Source of the DNA: Turneriella sp. | GTDB taxonomy: Bacteria > Spirochaetota > Leptospiria > Turneriellales > Turneriellaceae | Direction: 5' to 3' | NCBI GenBank assembly: GCA_965279515.1 | Contig: CBDIID010000003.1 | Span: 3,776,001-3,840,000 of the forward strand | Length of the DNA stretch: 64,000 bases | Shown here: positions 1 through 10,202 of the stretch, piece after piece | Layout of the letters: each line of letters opens with the position of its first letter | Position numbering within the stretch: the first letter of the stretch is position 1 | Program-made: the position numbers and the translations under genes | Notes under the pieces: model-generated | Seen by the model: the letters and a program-made list of their open reading frames with translations, nothing else | Told to the model about the DNA's origin: nothing | Databases searched by the model: none

Positions 1-26
1 CGCGCCCGCAGCAGGTAAATTTTGTT
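1..26 (-). repeat. attC-like element E0 (partial, right arm only)
   Basis: gcagcaggtaaattttGTT matches the right arm of the other elements. Confidence 0.8.
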
Positions 27-224
27 GTCTGAAGTAGTTGCGCTTGCAAGCCCGGGTAGGAGGCCCGGGCGATCATAACGAATCATTTTTCATGAACTTT
101 GATGAGATTTCGAAACAGGCTTTACACTTATAGCAAATTCTAAATTTTGAAACCGCATGAGAAATAATTCCCAATATTTGGAGAATAGCGGCCCGTATTT
201 AGCCTCTTTATTTATATCTGAAAA

Positions 225-830
225 ATGCTGATAGAAATTTTTGCTTCCGCAGTCACATGTATTTTGGGAATTGATTGTGATCTGAGTGCAACTTTAAAAA
301 GTAAAATAGAGGCGATTCCGAATGTAAAAAGCACTGAGGTGGTGCAAGATTATTCTCTAACTGAACGGTATCATGCGAGGATTACTCTTCGATCTGGAGA
401 TACTTTTGACCTGATTTACATTGGAAATGAGCATCTTTTAGAAACAGAATACTTCTGGATTAGGCAAATTAATGGCTATCAATATGATTATGTCTACTGC
501 GAAAAGTCAACAAGTCCCAATCAAGCCGGCAAAATTCGCCACGGTCACTTTTCCTTAGGCTCACGGGGCAGTTTTCAGCATAAATTTCCCTTCTTAATTC
601 GCAATATCAAAGATCTAGTGCAAAATTTCGAGGCCATCAAGATTGAGTACTTCCGGACATCGGTTGAGCCTAAATTTCTTTACGACAAACTGTCTGATGG
701 GAATGAAATCTATGCTATGTTGCTCAAAGTCAGAGATAAGAATCCTTTGGGCCCTTATATCTTTCTATTAGGCGAGCCTTATAAAAATGCCTGGAAGTTT
801 AAGAATGGTGCATGCCGATATGAACATTAA
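225..830 (+). CDS. Hypothetical protein (cassette 1, inverted orientation)
   Basis: 201-aa ORF filling the cassette; no family recognised. Confidence 0.7.
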   Translation: MLIEIFASAVTCILGIDCDLSATLKSKIEAIPNVKSTEVVQDYSLTERYHARITLRSGDTFDLIYIGNEHLLETEYFWIRQINGYQYDYVYCEKSTSPNQAGKIRHGHFSLGSRGSFQHKFPFLIRNIKDLVQNFEAIKIEYFRTSVEPKFLYDKLSDGNEIYAMLLKVRDKNPLGPYIFLLGEPYKNAWKFKNGACRYEH

Positions 831-944
831 GGTCGAAGCCAAGGGGTTAATTGGTCTAGCCACTACGGTCTGAGTTTTATTGCTTATGAAGTGAGCAGCG
901 CCGACAGGAGGTCGGCGGAAAAGGGAAGCGCAACTATTTCAGAC

Positions 945-1152
945 AACGTGGAATTTACCTGACGATTGGTGACACTTGTGTCATTAATTTAATCAGGAAA
1001 GCCGAATTGTGTCACCAATTGTGCCCGAAGCGCCTCGCGGCAAAGCACAAAACAAGCGTCCCGCTTGTGCTTTGTCCGCGATCTTCTGGCGCGTAGGGCC
1101 GAGCACGCGAGGAGCTACGGCACCGCAGCGAGCGCAGCAGGTAAATTTTGTT
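945..1152 (-). repeat. attC-like element E1
   Basis: AACgtggaatttacctg ... caggtaaattttGTT; arms complementary. Confidence 0.88.
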
Positions 1153-1162
1153 GTCAGCCGTT

Positions 1163-1798
1163 TCATTGTTTAGAGTGCATAACTATATAGGGTTTCAGGA
1201 AAGTCTCAAATTCAGTAATTATTTCCTCTAACCGGTGCTTGTATGGATCCTCGTTGGAAATCGGCGATACTATCCGCCAGTTCTTTTCTTCTTCCTCAAT
1301 TTCTTCGGCTGATCGATTAATACGACTTGCCTTGCTTTGTAGACTTCGTAAATGCTCGTTGATAGCGAAACTTAAGTTGGAAATATGTTGATTATACTTT
1401 ACTGTAACATCTTTGAAGGTTTTACCCCAAATGACCTCGGCTTCATAAAAATTTGATTGCAGTTCGGTAGAAACCTTTGAGTACTTTGTCCATCGGGCCT
1501 CATATACATAACCAATATGATTATCAGATTTCCAGAAATCTTTGAGATCTTGTTCCGCATTTTTGCTAAGTTTCTCAATGGCTTCAACGCTTTCTCTGGC
1601 CCAAATAAAGGGTGATCGGACCTGAGCAATAACGTCACGGGATCTATATAATGCTTTTAAGATGCGCTTAGCCAATTCGTATTCATAGTTTCCTTTCAGC
1701 TGGCGCCGCCAGGTAGAGAGACCTTTTATCGCAACTATTGAGCCAATCACTGCAAATATGATTGTTAGTGTGTCTTTCGCAATTGTAAAATATTCCAT
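1163..1798 (-). CDS. Hypothetical protein with N-terminal TM helix (cassette 2)
   Basis: 211-aa ORF; stop codon lies inside the cassette terminal inverted repeat. Confidence 0.8.
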   Translation of the reverse strand: MEYFTIAKDTLTIIFAVIGSIVAIKGLSTWRRQLKGNYEYELAKRILKALYRSRDVIAQVRSPFIWARESVEAIEKLSKNAEQDLKDFWKSDNHIGYVYEARWTKYSKVSTELQSNFYEAEVIWGKTFKDVTVKYNQHISNLSFAINEHLRSLQSKASRINRSAEEIEEEEKNWRIVSPISNEDPYKHRLEEIITEFETFLKPYIVMHSKQ

Positions 1799-1830
1799 AT
1801 AACTAGTCCTTAAGCAATGAAATGGCTGAC

Positions 1831-2037
1831 AACGTGGAATTTACCTGAGGTTGAGTGACGCATCGTTCAACTTTGTATTTTGTAAAGCCATATTGCGTCA
1901 CTCAATCTGCCCGGAGCGCCTCGCGGCAAAGCACAAAACAAGCGTCCCGCTTGTGCTTTGTCCGCGATCTTCTGGCGCGTAGGGCCGAGCACGCGAGGAG
2001 CCACGGCACCGCAGCGGCGCAGCAGGTAAATTTTGTT
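1831..2037 (-). repeat. attC-like element E2
   Basis: Same architecture as E1; nearly identical to E3. Confidence 0.88.
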
Positions 2038-2056
2038 GTGTGCAGTGATCGCTCGG

Positions 2057-3016
2057 TTAAGGGTATTTGCGCCAACCCAAGACTTTAATTAGGTGAGAGT
2101 AGACTTTTTTGACACCCAACTCTATTTTTTTAACATCTGCATCAACATTATTAATCAAATAACCACTTTCGAGGCTAGCTCGATGGATTATCTGGTGTCG
2201 ATGTTGAAATAGCTCTTCCAGGTGCTTATAGAGTGATTTAGTAGATTTTTTGTATCTGGTCTTAAGCACTTTCGCTAAGTCAAATCTCATATCAATGTCC
2301 TTAAAGGATTCAGATATTGATCTCATATTTTGAAATGATATACTCTGCGCCAAGGCTTCAACAGCAGTTGTTCGCCCCATGGCCAGATCATAATTGTGCG
2401 CCTTATGAATTTGTTGCTTCCGGAAGAAGGATTCATTGCCTCGATATCGAATGAGGGCAATAAATGTATCACGAAAATACTTTTCTGTAATTGAAATTAG
2501 GTACGGCAGTGCCATCGCCGCTGGAACGGCTAATGGATGATGTCGGCCCATTATTTCGATCGAAAACTTATTCGAGGGAATACCAGGGGAAACTTTGGAC
2601 CTAAAATTGCGCAAATAGGATCTCATTGCCCCGACTGATTGATGAAAACTTTCAAAGGCTAAAAAGCAACCAGCTTCGTCTTTTTCCCGATTTTCACCAT
2701 TTAATGAAAAATATCGCCCGCGCCCTCTGTCTGTTGAAAATGTACCGCCAAATCTCTCTTTAACCAAGCGGATAATACGATTCTGCATTTTCAAGTCCCA
2801 TTCTGAGCAGAATATCGTGGTCCTTGTACAAATCTTTGTATTGTCTCGCTCTTTATTCAATATATAGATGCCAACGCCTTGATAATACCTGTAATCTTCA
2901 TCTTTATAAAAATAGTAGTACCCAGGCTCACTTTTAGTGGCGCCAATAGTTGTTAGAAATTCTTCAATTTTCTTTTGAGGAGTCTTAGGGATAGTGTTTT
3001 CAGAATCGTGTCCCAT
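2057..3016 (-). CDS. Putative HEPN-domain protein (cassette 3)
   Basis: 319 aa; helical C-terminal region with RxxxxH motif (RHQIIH). Confidence 0.6.
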   Translation of the reverse strand: MGHDSENTIPKTPQKKIEEFLTTIGATKSEPGYYYFYKDEDYRYYQGVGIYILNKERDNTKICTRTTIFCSEWDLKMQNRIIRLVKERFGGTFSTDRGRGRYFSLNGENREKDEAGCFLAFESFHQSVGAMRSYLRNFRSKVSPGIPSNKFSIEIMGRHHPLAVPAAMALPYLISITEKYFRDTFIALIRYRGNESFFRKQQIHKAHNYDLAMGRTTAVEALAQSISFQNMRSISESFKDIDMRFDLAKVLKTRYKKSTKSLYKHLEELFQHRHQIIHRASLESGYLINNVDADVKKIELGVKKVYSHLIKVLGWRKYP

Positions 3017-3051
3017 ATTTAGACTAAGTATTTCTCGCGATCATTGCACAC

Positions 3052-3259
3052 AACGTGGAATTTACCTGAGGTTGAGTGACGCTTTGTTCAACTTTGAAAA
3101 TTGTAAAGCCATATTGCGTCACTCAATCTGCCCGGAGCGCCTCGCGGCAAAGCACAAAACAAGCGTCCCGCTTGTGCTTTGTCCGCGATCTTCTGGCGCG
3201 TAGGGCCGAGCACGCGAGGAGCTACGGCACCGCAGCGAGCGCAGCAGGTAAATTTTGTT
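3052..3259 (-). repeat. attC-like element E3
   Basis: AAC 3052-3054 to GTT 3257-3259. Confidence 0.88.
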
Positions 3260-3270
3260 GTCTGCCGTTT

Positions 3271-4413
3271 TCATGTTCGATCGCCACGACTTCTAAGATT
3301 GTAAATGTTATTTTGGATGTTTGCCGCTATTAAGGGAATTAGGAATGTGCTTGGAGCCAGTAAAAGATACAGCACATAAATACCTGAGCCAATTGATTCC
3401 AGTATGGCTTTCTTATGCTCCACTAGCGAAACTAAGCCAAACTGCAAAGCAAAGATCAAGCAAAATGCGAGGGCGCTCGATCCGAAGTTTACGCTGAATA
3501 TGATAGCCGATTTCTTGATACCTCTCAATATGTTCGAGTTATCTTCTATGATCGCAAATGGAACATACCAACAAAAAATGCTCACAACAGTCGCGACAAC
3601 TTGACTTACGGTGGCGACAGGGAGCCACACATCATTCAGCACATCTGTGAAGTTACCGGCATTCATATACGTGCCATACTTGGAAAAAAAGAAAACTAGA
3701 TCTCTAATGGAAATCAGGAGCCCGAGTACGATGTTAAATGAGAATACTCGGGCAAATGGTGATAAATTCTCCGATGAATACAGGGAAGTATCCTTCTTCA
3801 AGAGTAAATTAATAAAATAGATTTGACCTAGAGAAATCACAGCCGTGCCGATCACCTTTAGGTTCAGAAAGAAGAACACCGTTGAGAATGGTGTTAAGCC
3901 TGAAATCGTTGTCCCGTTCCGAAAAATATGTACAATCACGCCGAGAAAAAAGAGGAATAACGGAATTAGGAGAATGAGGCGAAAATTTCGGACAGCATTT
4001 TTTGTAGGCGTCGTTGCTTTTACCTTGAAGACAATTAGTAGTAACCAGGTTGTTACTAGCACGAATAGTGTTTCAATCTGATGAAAACCATTTCCCACAT
4101 TGGCTAGGGTGTTATAGGCTATCTCACCCCATTTGCCAGCCTTGGCAACTTTTGCTTCGGTATCAAGCAGTTCCGTTGAACGAGTAAAAATCCAAAGACC
4201 GTACAAATGCAAGATAATGGTTAGAAGCAAACCGGGTAATGCATAAATGAGAATTCGCCATATTGCATCAATGTCCAAGCGAAGCCATTTTAATTGGCTT
4301 TCGTCCTTAGCTTGTTCAATGTTTGCAGCTTTTTTTTGCCGCAACTTCATTACAATTCCCGTGATGATAATTCCCGCAGCACCGAACCAGAGTATGATGT
4401 CTTCTTTATTCAT
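3271..4413 (-). CDS. Multi-pass membrane protein, unknown function (cassette 4)
   Basis: 380 aa with many hydrophobic segments; stop inside the terminal inverted repeat. Confidence 0.8.
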   Translation of the reverse strand: MNKEDIILWFGAAGIIITGIVMKLRQKKAANIEQAKDESQLKWLRLDIDAIWRILIYALPGLLLTIILHLYGLWIFTRSTELLDTEAKVAKAGKWGEIAYNTLANVGNGFHQIETLFVLVTTWLLLIVFKVKATTPTKNAVRNFRLILLIPLFLFFLGVIVHIFRNGTTISGLTPFSTVFFFLNLKVIGTAVISLGQIYFINLLLKKDTSLYSSENLSPFARVFSFNIVLGLLISIRDLVFFFSKYGTYMNAGNFTDVLNDVWLPVATVSQVVATVVSIFCWYVPFAIIEDNSNILRGIKKSAIIFSVNFGSSALAFCLIFALQFGLVSLVEHKKAILESIGSGIYVLYLLLAPSTFLIPLIAANIQNNIYNLRSRGDRT

Positions 4414-4469
4414 AGGTGTTTTCTTTCTCCAGTAAATTCAATAAAACGTATATCATGAAAATGGCAGAC

Positions 4470-4676
4470 AACGTGGATTTTACGCTGACGTTTTTTGACG
4501 CTTGTGTCATTTAATCAATTTGTAAAGCCGATTTGCGTCAAAAAATGTGGTCGTAGCGGCTCGCGGCGACGCGCGAAAACACACCTCCCGGTGTGCGCGT
4601 CGTCCGCGATCTTTGCCGCGGAGACCCGAGCACGCGACCCAACGAAGTGGTCGCGGCGCAGCGCGTAAAATTTGTT
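4470..4676 (-). repeat. attC-like element E4
   Basis: AACgtggattttacgc ... gcgtaaaatttGTT. Confidence 0.88.
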
Positions 4677-4777
4677 CTCTGACGTAGTTGTGCCTGTGAG
4701 CCCGGGCATGGATGGCCGGGCGAATATGTATCAGACTCCTATAAATTCTTGACAGGCTCAAACAATTCATCAGTCTC

Positions 4778-5047
4778 TTGTCCGATATGAATGCAGAAAC
4801 GATTCCGGCACATGCATATATTTCAAGTTCCCCAGAGATTTGTGGGGGAGAGCCAGTAATTTCTGGGACACGAATGACAGTAAGAGCAGTGGTTCAGTAT
4901 GTTTTGATTCAAGGTCTTACCCCCGAGGAGCTAGAACGGGAGTTTAAACAACTAAGTCTTTCACAAATTTATGATGCTCTGTCTTATTACTATGACCACA
5001 AAAGCATAATCGACAAGTTTATAGCCGAGAACTCGGCCAAGAATTGA
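4778..5047 (+). CDS. DUF433-family antitoxin (cassette 5)
   Basis: ISSSPEICGGEPVISGTRMTV...QIYDALSYY signature. Confidence 0.9.
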   Translation: MSDMNAETIPAHAYISSSPEICGGEPVISGTRMTVRAVVQYVLIQGLTPEELEREFKQLSLSQIYDALSYYYDHKSIIDKFIAENSAKN

Positions 5048-5385
5048 CCCCAATTAAGCTATATCTAGATGAAGACGTAAGACCTCTTCTGGCAGAAATT
5101 CTTACTGAGCGCGGTTTTGAAGCCACCCACACGCTGTTTCATGGGAATTCTGGGAAAACGGATTTGCAACAGCTGGAATTCGCTGCTCAAAATCAGCTTA
5201 CTCTACTTACGCACAATATTCGCGACTTTGCCAATCTACATACTGTCTTTCTTAACGGAGACAAAAAACACTTCGGAATTATTTGCGCACCGCAATTGAA
5301 ATTGCCATTACTAGTCTCGCGCACGTTAGTCTTGCTTTCATCAGTCAATAAAGATTCTGCACGTAATAATCTCCTCTGGATTTAG
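5044..5385 (+). CDS. DUF5615 PIN-like toxin (cassette 5)
   Basis: KLYLDEDV...LLTHNIRDF...HFGII motifs; overlaps the DUF433 stop by 4 bp. Confidence 0.88.
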   Translation: MTPIKLYLDEDVRPLLAEILTERGFEATHTLFHGNSGKTDLQQLEFAAQNQLTLLTHNIRDFANLHTVFLNGDKKHFGIICAPQLKLPLLVSRTLVLLSSVNKDSARNNLLWI

Positions 5386-5449
5386 GGAGCATCCTGCGAG
5401 TTGCGCCGCCATGGAGGGCGGCGGAGTAAAGGGCACAACTATGTCAGAG

Positions 5450-5660
5450 AACGTGGAAAATACCCGAATTGCGCCCTCGCGGCTGTAAAGTGTAAATAAT
5501 CACGGCTTTATGTGACTTTCGCGGGAGCGCATTTGCCCGGAGCGCCTCGCGGCAAAGCACAGAACAAGCGTCCCGCTTGTGCTTTGTCCGCGATCTTTGG
5601 CGCGCAGGGCCGAGCACGCGAGCCAACGAAGTGCTCGCGGCGCAGCGGGTATTTTTTGTT
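5450..5660 (-). repeat. attC-like element E5
   Basis: AACgtggaaaatacccg ... cgggtattttttGTT; compensatory arm changes. Confidence 0.85.
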
Positions 5661-5851
5661 AGCCGCCGTTACCGGATTCGCGCGGCTGGCGAGCAACCCG
5701 AAGGTCAGCGAGATACTGTATTTCGATCTTATTAGTAACCGAGGAGTTGTCGCCAGGATCAAAGGCGTAAGCAGCGAAATCTGGCTGTGCTCTCTGATAA
5801 CAAATCCTCTTTTTCGCCCCTTCGGGCGCGAAGGAGGTAATGGTGGCTAAC
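5658..5851. other. ORF-less cassette 6 (~190 bp, structured)
   Basis: Bounded by gttagccgccgttacc / ggtaatggtggctaac; no self-contained ORF of 60 aa or more. Confidence 0.75.
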
Positions 5852-6063
5852 GTGGAATTTACACGAGGTCGATGGTGCGCCGCACAATAAGAGCAGGCTT
5901 ATTTGGGAAGCCGCGTATTAAGCACCATCGATCTGCCGTAGACCGCTCGTTGCGCCTGACCAAACAAACGTCCCGTTTGTCAGGCGTCAACGATCTTTGC
6001 GGTCGGAGGCCGAGCACGCGAGGAGCCACGGCACCGCAGCGAGCGCAGCGTGTAAATTTTGTT
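5849..6063 (-). repeat. attC-like element E6
   Basis: AACgtggaatttacacg ... cgtgtaaattttGTT; nearly identical to E8. Confidence 0.88.
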
Positions 6064-6081
6064 GGGCGCCGTTTTGTGGCC

Positions 6082-6399
6082 TCAACCACGATATTGCTTC
6101 TTGTCTACTTGTGTCGGCAAATTCCGAATTTTGGCCCAATATTCTTCTCGAGCATCTTCATCAATCTGTACAACCGCGCCGTAAAGTGTATCAGAGCCAT
6201 TCTTTTTTGGACCAGAAATCCAATAGTGGTCCCCAGTCTCTGCCTCAATACAGTTATACTTGTAGCCTGAACCTATTTTCTGAAAGGTTTTGCCGTCATA
6301 GTGGTATGAGCGCTTAGACTTTGATAGGGTTACCCAGCCAATGCGGCCTGGCCCAGCTAGGCCTTGGCTTTTGTCTTCTATATACATGATCCGTTTCAT
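6082..6399 (-). CDS. Small conserved hypothetical protein (cassette 7)
   Basis: 105 aa, RIMYIEDK...RIG...YWISGP...IDEDAREEYW; resembles a widespread family of unknown function. Confidence 0.8.
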   Translation of the reverse strand: MKRIMYIEDKSQGLAGPGRIGWVTLSKSKRSYHYDGKTFQKIGSGYKYNCIEAETGDHYWISGPKKNGSDTLYGAVVQIDEDAREEYWAKIRNLPTQVDKKQYRG

Positions 6400-6592
6400 A
6401 CTTTTAGCCTCACAGTTTGAGACAAACCGATTCTAGGCGTTTTTGACATATTTTCAATTCTTTTTCGGAATTGAAGATTCCCTATGCGCTTAATTGTGAG
6501 GGGCGCCAAAAATTGCCCAAATAGGGTAAATGAATTCAGTACCGCTCTTTTACCGTATTTCGGTAAATGTGTCTTGCCACAAAATGGCGCCC

Positions 6593-6801
6593 AACGTGGA
6601 TTTTACGCTGACGTTTTTTGACGCCAGTGTCAATTATTCAATTTGTAAAGCCGATTTGCGTCAAAAAATGTGGTCGCAGCGGCTCGCGGCGACGCGCGAA
6701 AACACACCTCCCGGTGTGCGCGTCGTCCGCGATCTTAGCCGCGGAGACCCGAGCACGCGAGGAGCTACGGCACCGCAGCGGCGCAGCGCGTAAAATTTGT
6801 T
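6593..6801 (-). repeat. attC-like element E7
   Basis: Same family as E10-E13. Confidence 0.88.
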
Positions 6802-6961
6802 GTCTGAAGTAATTGCGCCTGTGAGCCCGGCTAGGAGGGCCGGGCGACGAGGGTGAAAGTCTCGTAACTCGCCTTTTAGTTTCTCTGCATTTCGGGCTTT
6901 ACACCCGAGAGTTCTGCGACATGCCACCTTTGGTGGATCAAAATTCCTTCTATGCTCAATT

Positions 6962-7849
6962 ATGGCCCTACACAGATCAACAGACGCAGAACTTAGGGAG
7001 AATTGCCGGAAGGTCATTGAGGCTCTCGAATTCTGGCTAAGGCGAGTAATTGATATTACGCTAGCCCCCGTATTTGGTGCAGACTACGTAAATGCAAGCC
7101 ATATTAATGGAAATCAGCATATAATTAAGAAATCTGTACGGGATGGTATTAAGGGTCGAGCTGAGGCGAGCCCAAAGCGCTACCCAAGAATGATTGATGC
7201 GGTTCTTCTTGATGAAGAAATCGATATCATCTGTCATCCTGAGTTATATATTAAGTTTTTCAAAGAATATTTTGAGCAATCCTATCCCTTTGGAAATGAT
7301 CATCTTAGGCATTATCTGCGCAAGATTCTGGAGCCCAGAAATAATCTTGCTCATGCTAATCCGATAAGTGTTCGGCAAGCAGAACAAATAATGTGCTATT
7401 CGAATGATGTCATTGACGCCATAAAGAATCGGCTAAAAGAAAAGAATCTGGATAAAGAATACAACGCTCCCACGATAATCAAGATTTCAGATTCGAGGGG
7501 TATTGTGTTTCATGATTCTTAGATTAGAAGGAATAACACCGGTCGCGGAGGCATTGATCTAACGGGGGATCAGGCCGCCTCGCTAAGGTCTGGGGACACA
7601 ATAAGTATAGAAGTAGAAATTGATCCTAGCTTTCCTTCTGAAGAGTACGCGGTCGACTGGGTATTTCCGGAAAACGTAAATGCGGAAAAGTATAATTCTA
7701 ATAACAGAGTGGTTTTGCACCTAACTGATAAAAATGTCCGAGTAGATTTCACCGTGTATTGTAAGGTAATTTCAACTAAAGGTTGGCACAGGTGCGGTGA
7801 CGTTGATGATTGCGTGGGCATTACGTACAAGGTTTTGCCGTCAATTTGA
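6962..7849 (+). pseudogene. Swt1-like HEPN protein interrupted by one in-frame TAG (cassette 8)
   Basis: RNNLAH motif; TAG at 7520-7522, then the same frame stays open 108 more codons to TGA 7847-7849 near the cassette end. Confidence 0.72.
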
Positions 7850-7926
7850 AGGATTACCGCAAATGGAATATTAGTGTAAGCGCCGACACGAGGTCGGCGG
7901 ATAACAAAGGCGCAATTATTTCAGAC

Positions 7927-8141
7927 AACGCGGAATTTACACGAGGTCGATGGTGCGTCGCACAATAAAAGCAGGCTTATTTGGAAAGCCGCATATTAAG
8001 CACCATCGATCTGCCGTAGACCGCTCGTTGCGCCTGACCAAACAAACGTCCCGTTTGTCAGGCGTCAACGATCTTTGCGGTCGGAGGCCGAGCACGCGAG
8101 GAGCTACGGCACCGCAGCGAGCGCAGCGTGTAAATTTTGTT
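7927..8141 (-). repeat. attC-like element E8
   Basis: AAC 7927-7929 to GTT 8139-8141. Confidence 0.88.
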
Positions 8142-8207
8142 GTCTGACGTAGTTGCCGTTGTGAGCCCAGCCAAGGAGGGCTGGGCGAATTTCCGAATAA
8201 TGTCTCT

Positions 8208-8795
8208 TCAGGGGCTGCTGTCCAGTCTCTTCTTTATGGAGTTTATCAACCCAAAATTGAGCGAATGCTGAAAAGTTAGATTTGGGTCCGGCGAAAAGGC
8301 AAGTAATTTGTCAATATGAAGCTTTCGCAAGTTCGGTGACCCTTTTAGTATCAATTCAAGCAGTTGAGGAAAATCTGAGATTGCGACAGAGATTTCGATT
8401 GATGATTTTCTCGGTTCGTCAAATTCCAGAACAATTTGATATTTGCTCAGGAAAGCCTGCTTTATTTCCTTCAAGCCCGTGAGTCTTATGGTTTTGCTTT
8501 GCGCCAGCAGGTTTATGCAGATCAAATTCTTGCCATCAATAAAAACGTGGATGGCTGTGAATATTGAAACTTTGGCGAAATGGTACAAGCCAAAGAATCC
8601 GAACGCGATAAAACACATAACTAGTAGAGTCATCAACGAGAAATGCCGTAACAAATCGACTAAGAAGAAACCACCGATTACTACCCAGATAAGAAATAGC
8701 GCTGTTATTATCCCAAGAATAATAAATCTATTTCCATAATAGATCTGGAAATGCGGTAGATGTTCATAGGGCGCAATTGTTTTCTGCATACTCAT
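8208..8795 (-). CDS. Hypothetical membrane protein (cassette 9)
   Basis: 195 aa; two N-terminal TM segments. Confidence 0.75.
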   Translation of the reverse strand: MSMQKTIAPYEHLPHFQIYYGNRFIILGIITALFLIWVVIGGFFLVDLLRHFSLMTLLVMCFIAFGFFGLYHFAKVSIFTAIHVFIDGKNLICINLLAQSKTIRLTGLKEIKQAFLSKYQIVLEFDEPRKSSIEISVAISDFPQLLELILKGSPNLRKLHIDKLLAFSPDPNLTFQHSLNFGLINSIKKRLDSSP

Positions 8796-8897
8796 AGGCG
8801 TAATATTCGATGCACATTAAGATAGCCCTTTCCCCGCGTCCAGCCAAGCCGCACCGCCAAGGATGGCGGTGAGAAAAAAAACGCAACTATGTCAGAC

Positions 8898-9085
8898 AAC
8901 GTGGATTTTACCCGACGAAATGGCTGGAGGCGTCTTCGCCGCAAGCCATTTTGTGCCCGGAGCAGCTCGCGGTGGCGCGCAAAAGCAAGCGTCCCGCTTG
9001 CGCGCCGTCCGCGATCTTCGCTGCGGAGTGGCTGAGCACCCGAGGAGCCACGGCACCGCAGGGAGCGCAACGGGTAAAATTTGTT
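8898..9085 (-). repeat. attC-like element E9 (short variant, 188 bp)
   Basis: AACgtggattttacccg ... cgggtaaaatttGTT; first hairpin lacks the AT-rich loop. Confidence 0.85.
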
Positions 9086-9147
9086 GTCTGAAGTAATTGC
9101 GCCTGTGAGCACGGGCATGGAGGCCCGGGCGACGACGGACAAGTTCT

Positions 9148-9250
9148 CATAATCAATACTCCGACAGTTTAGCCCAATCTGAAACAGGCTTTACACCTGA
9201 GAGACCATGGGTGCCATAGATCCCAATGGGGAGCAATTTCTTATATATTC
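9148..9250. repeat. Scaffold module M, left copy of cassette 10
   Basis: CATAAT...aacaggctttacacctgagag...ggggagcaatttcttatatatt; homologous to 17876-17980. Confidence 0.8.
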
Positions 9251-9539
9251 AAAGATACTCAATACTCTCGAAAAACAGGGTTTGTTGCGGCGCGAACGCT
9301 CTTCCGAGGACAAGCGGGGCTTTTTTGCGACAACTACCGATTTAGGGAGCGTCGAAGTGCGCAAGGCTTGGATCATCTACAAAAAGGGCATTCACGTATA
9401 TTTTGAGAAAGCTTTGACGACGCAAGAAGTGCAGCAGCTGCTGGTTAACTTGCCTAAGCTCAGGAAAATATTTCAATATAAAGATTCCGCGCCCGTTACG
9501 CATAGGCATTATTGTGGCTTATATTTTGCTATCTCCTAA
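9249..9539 (+). pseudogene. N-terminally truncated MarR-family regulator
   Basis: SKILNTLEKQGLLRRERSSEDKRGFF is a MarR recognition helix and wing; the upstream codons are module M sequence. Confidence 0.65.
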
Positions 9540-10136
9540 GCCTATATCCGACAATTTTTCTAAAACAATATCTGCCAATCCGTATTCAACCGCAGCTTTG
9601 GCATCGAGATTATAGTCTCTATCGGTGTCTTTTTCAATGCGCGACAATGACTGACCGGTAGTAGCGGCAATTATACGATTCATTTCTGCTCGAGTTTTTT
9701 TAATCTCGTCGGCAAAAATCTTAATGTCAGATGCCGGTGCCGTGACTTCGCCGCTGATCAATGGTTGATGAATTAGAATTTTGGCATGTTCGAATACGTA
9801 CCGGTGACCTTTCTCACCCACCGTCAGAAAAATAGCACCCATGGATGCGGCAATACCCATAGCAATCGTATACACAGGAGAAGAAATCAGTTTCATAACA
9901 TCATACACAGCCATGCCAGCTGTTATCACGCCGCCGGGAGAATTGATAAAAAAATAAATCGGTTTTCCGGGATCTGTCGCTTCAAGAAAAAGCAACCGCT
10001 CAATGAGACTCTCCGCAGATTTGTCTGTTACCGGGCCCCAGAGAAAAATTTGACGTTGGGTTATAAATTTCTGAGCCAAACGCTCCTGCATCGGTGGTGA
10101 CTGGAAAGGTTCCCCGGATTTTTTCTTTGATTGCAT
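9519..10136 (-). CDS. clpP: ATP-dependent Clp protease proteolytic subunit
   Basis: INSPGG, GIAASMGA, ILIHQP, DTDRD motifs. Confidence 0.93.
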   Translation of the reverse strand: MQSKKKSGEPFQSPPMQERLAQKFITQRQIFLWGPVTDKSAESLIERLLFLEATDPGKPIYFFINSPGGVITAGMAVYDVMKLISSPVYTIAMGIAASMGAIFLTVGEKGHRYVFEHAKILIHQPLISGEVTAPASDIKIFADEIKKTRAEMNRIIAATTGQSLSRIEKDTDRDYNLDAKAAVEYGLADIVLEKLSDIGLGDSKI

Positions 10137-10202
10137 GCGTTGCAGTTTACAACAAACATTTCAAATCGGCGATTATTTTTAGGGTAACGAGATGAATAAA
10201 AT

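Noticed and set aside
35..41. TAGTTGC in some scaffold TIRs matching the MarR operator half-site
   Set aside because: It is only a 7-bp half-site and most scaffold TIRs read TAATTGC; probably coincidence.
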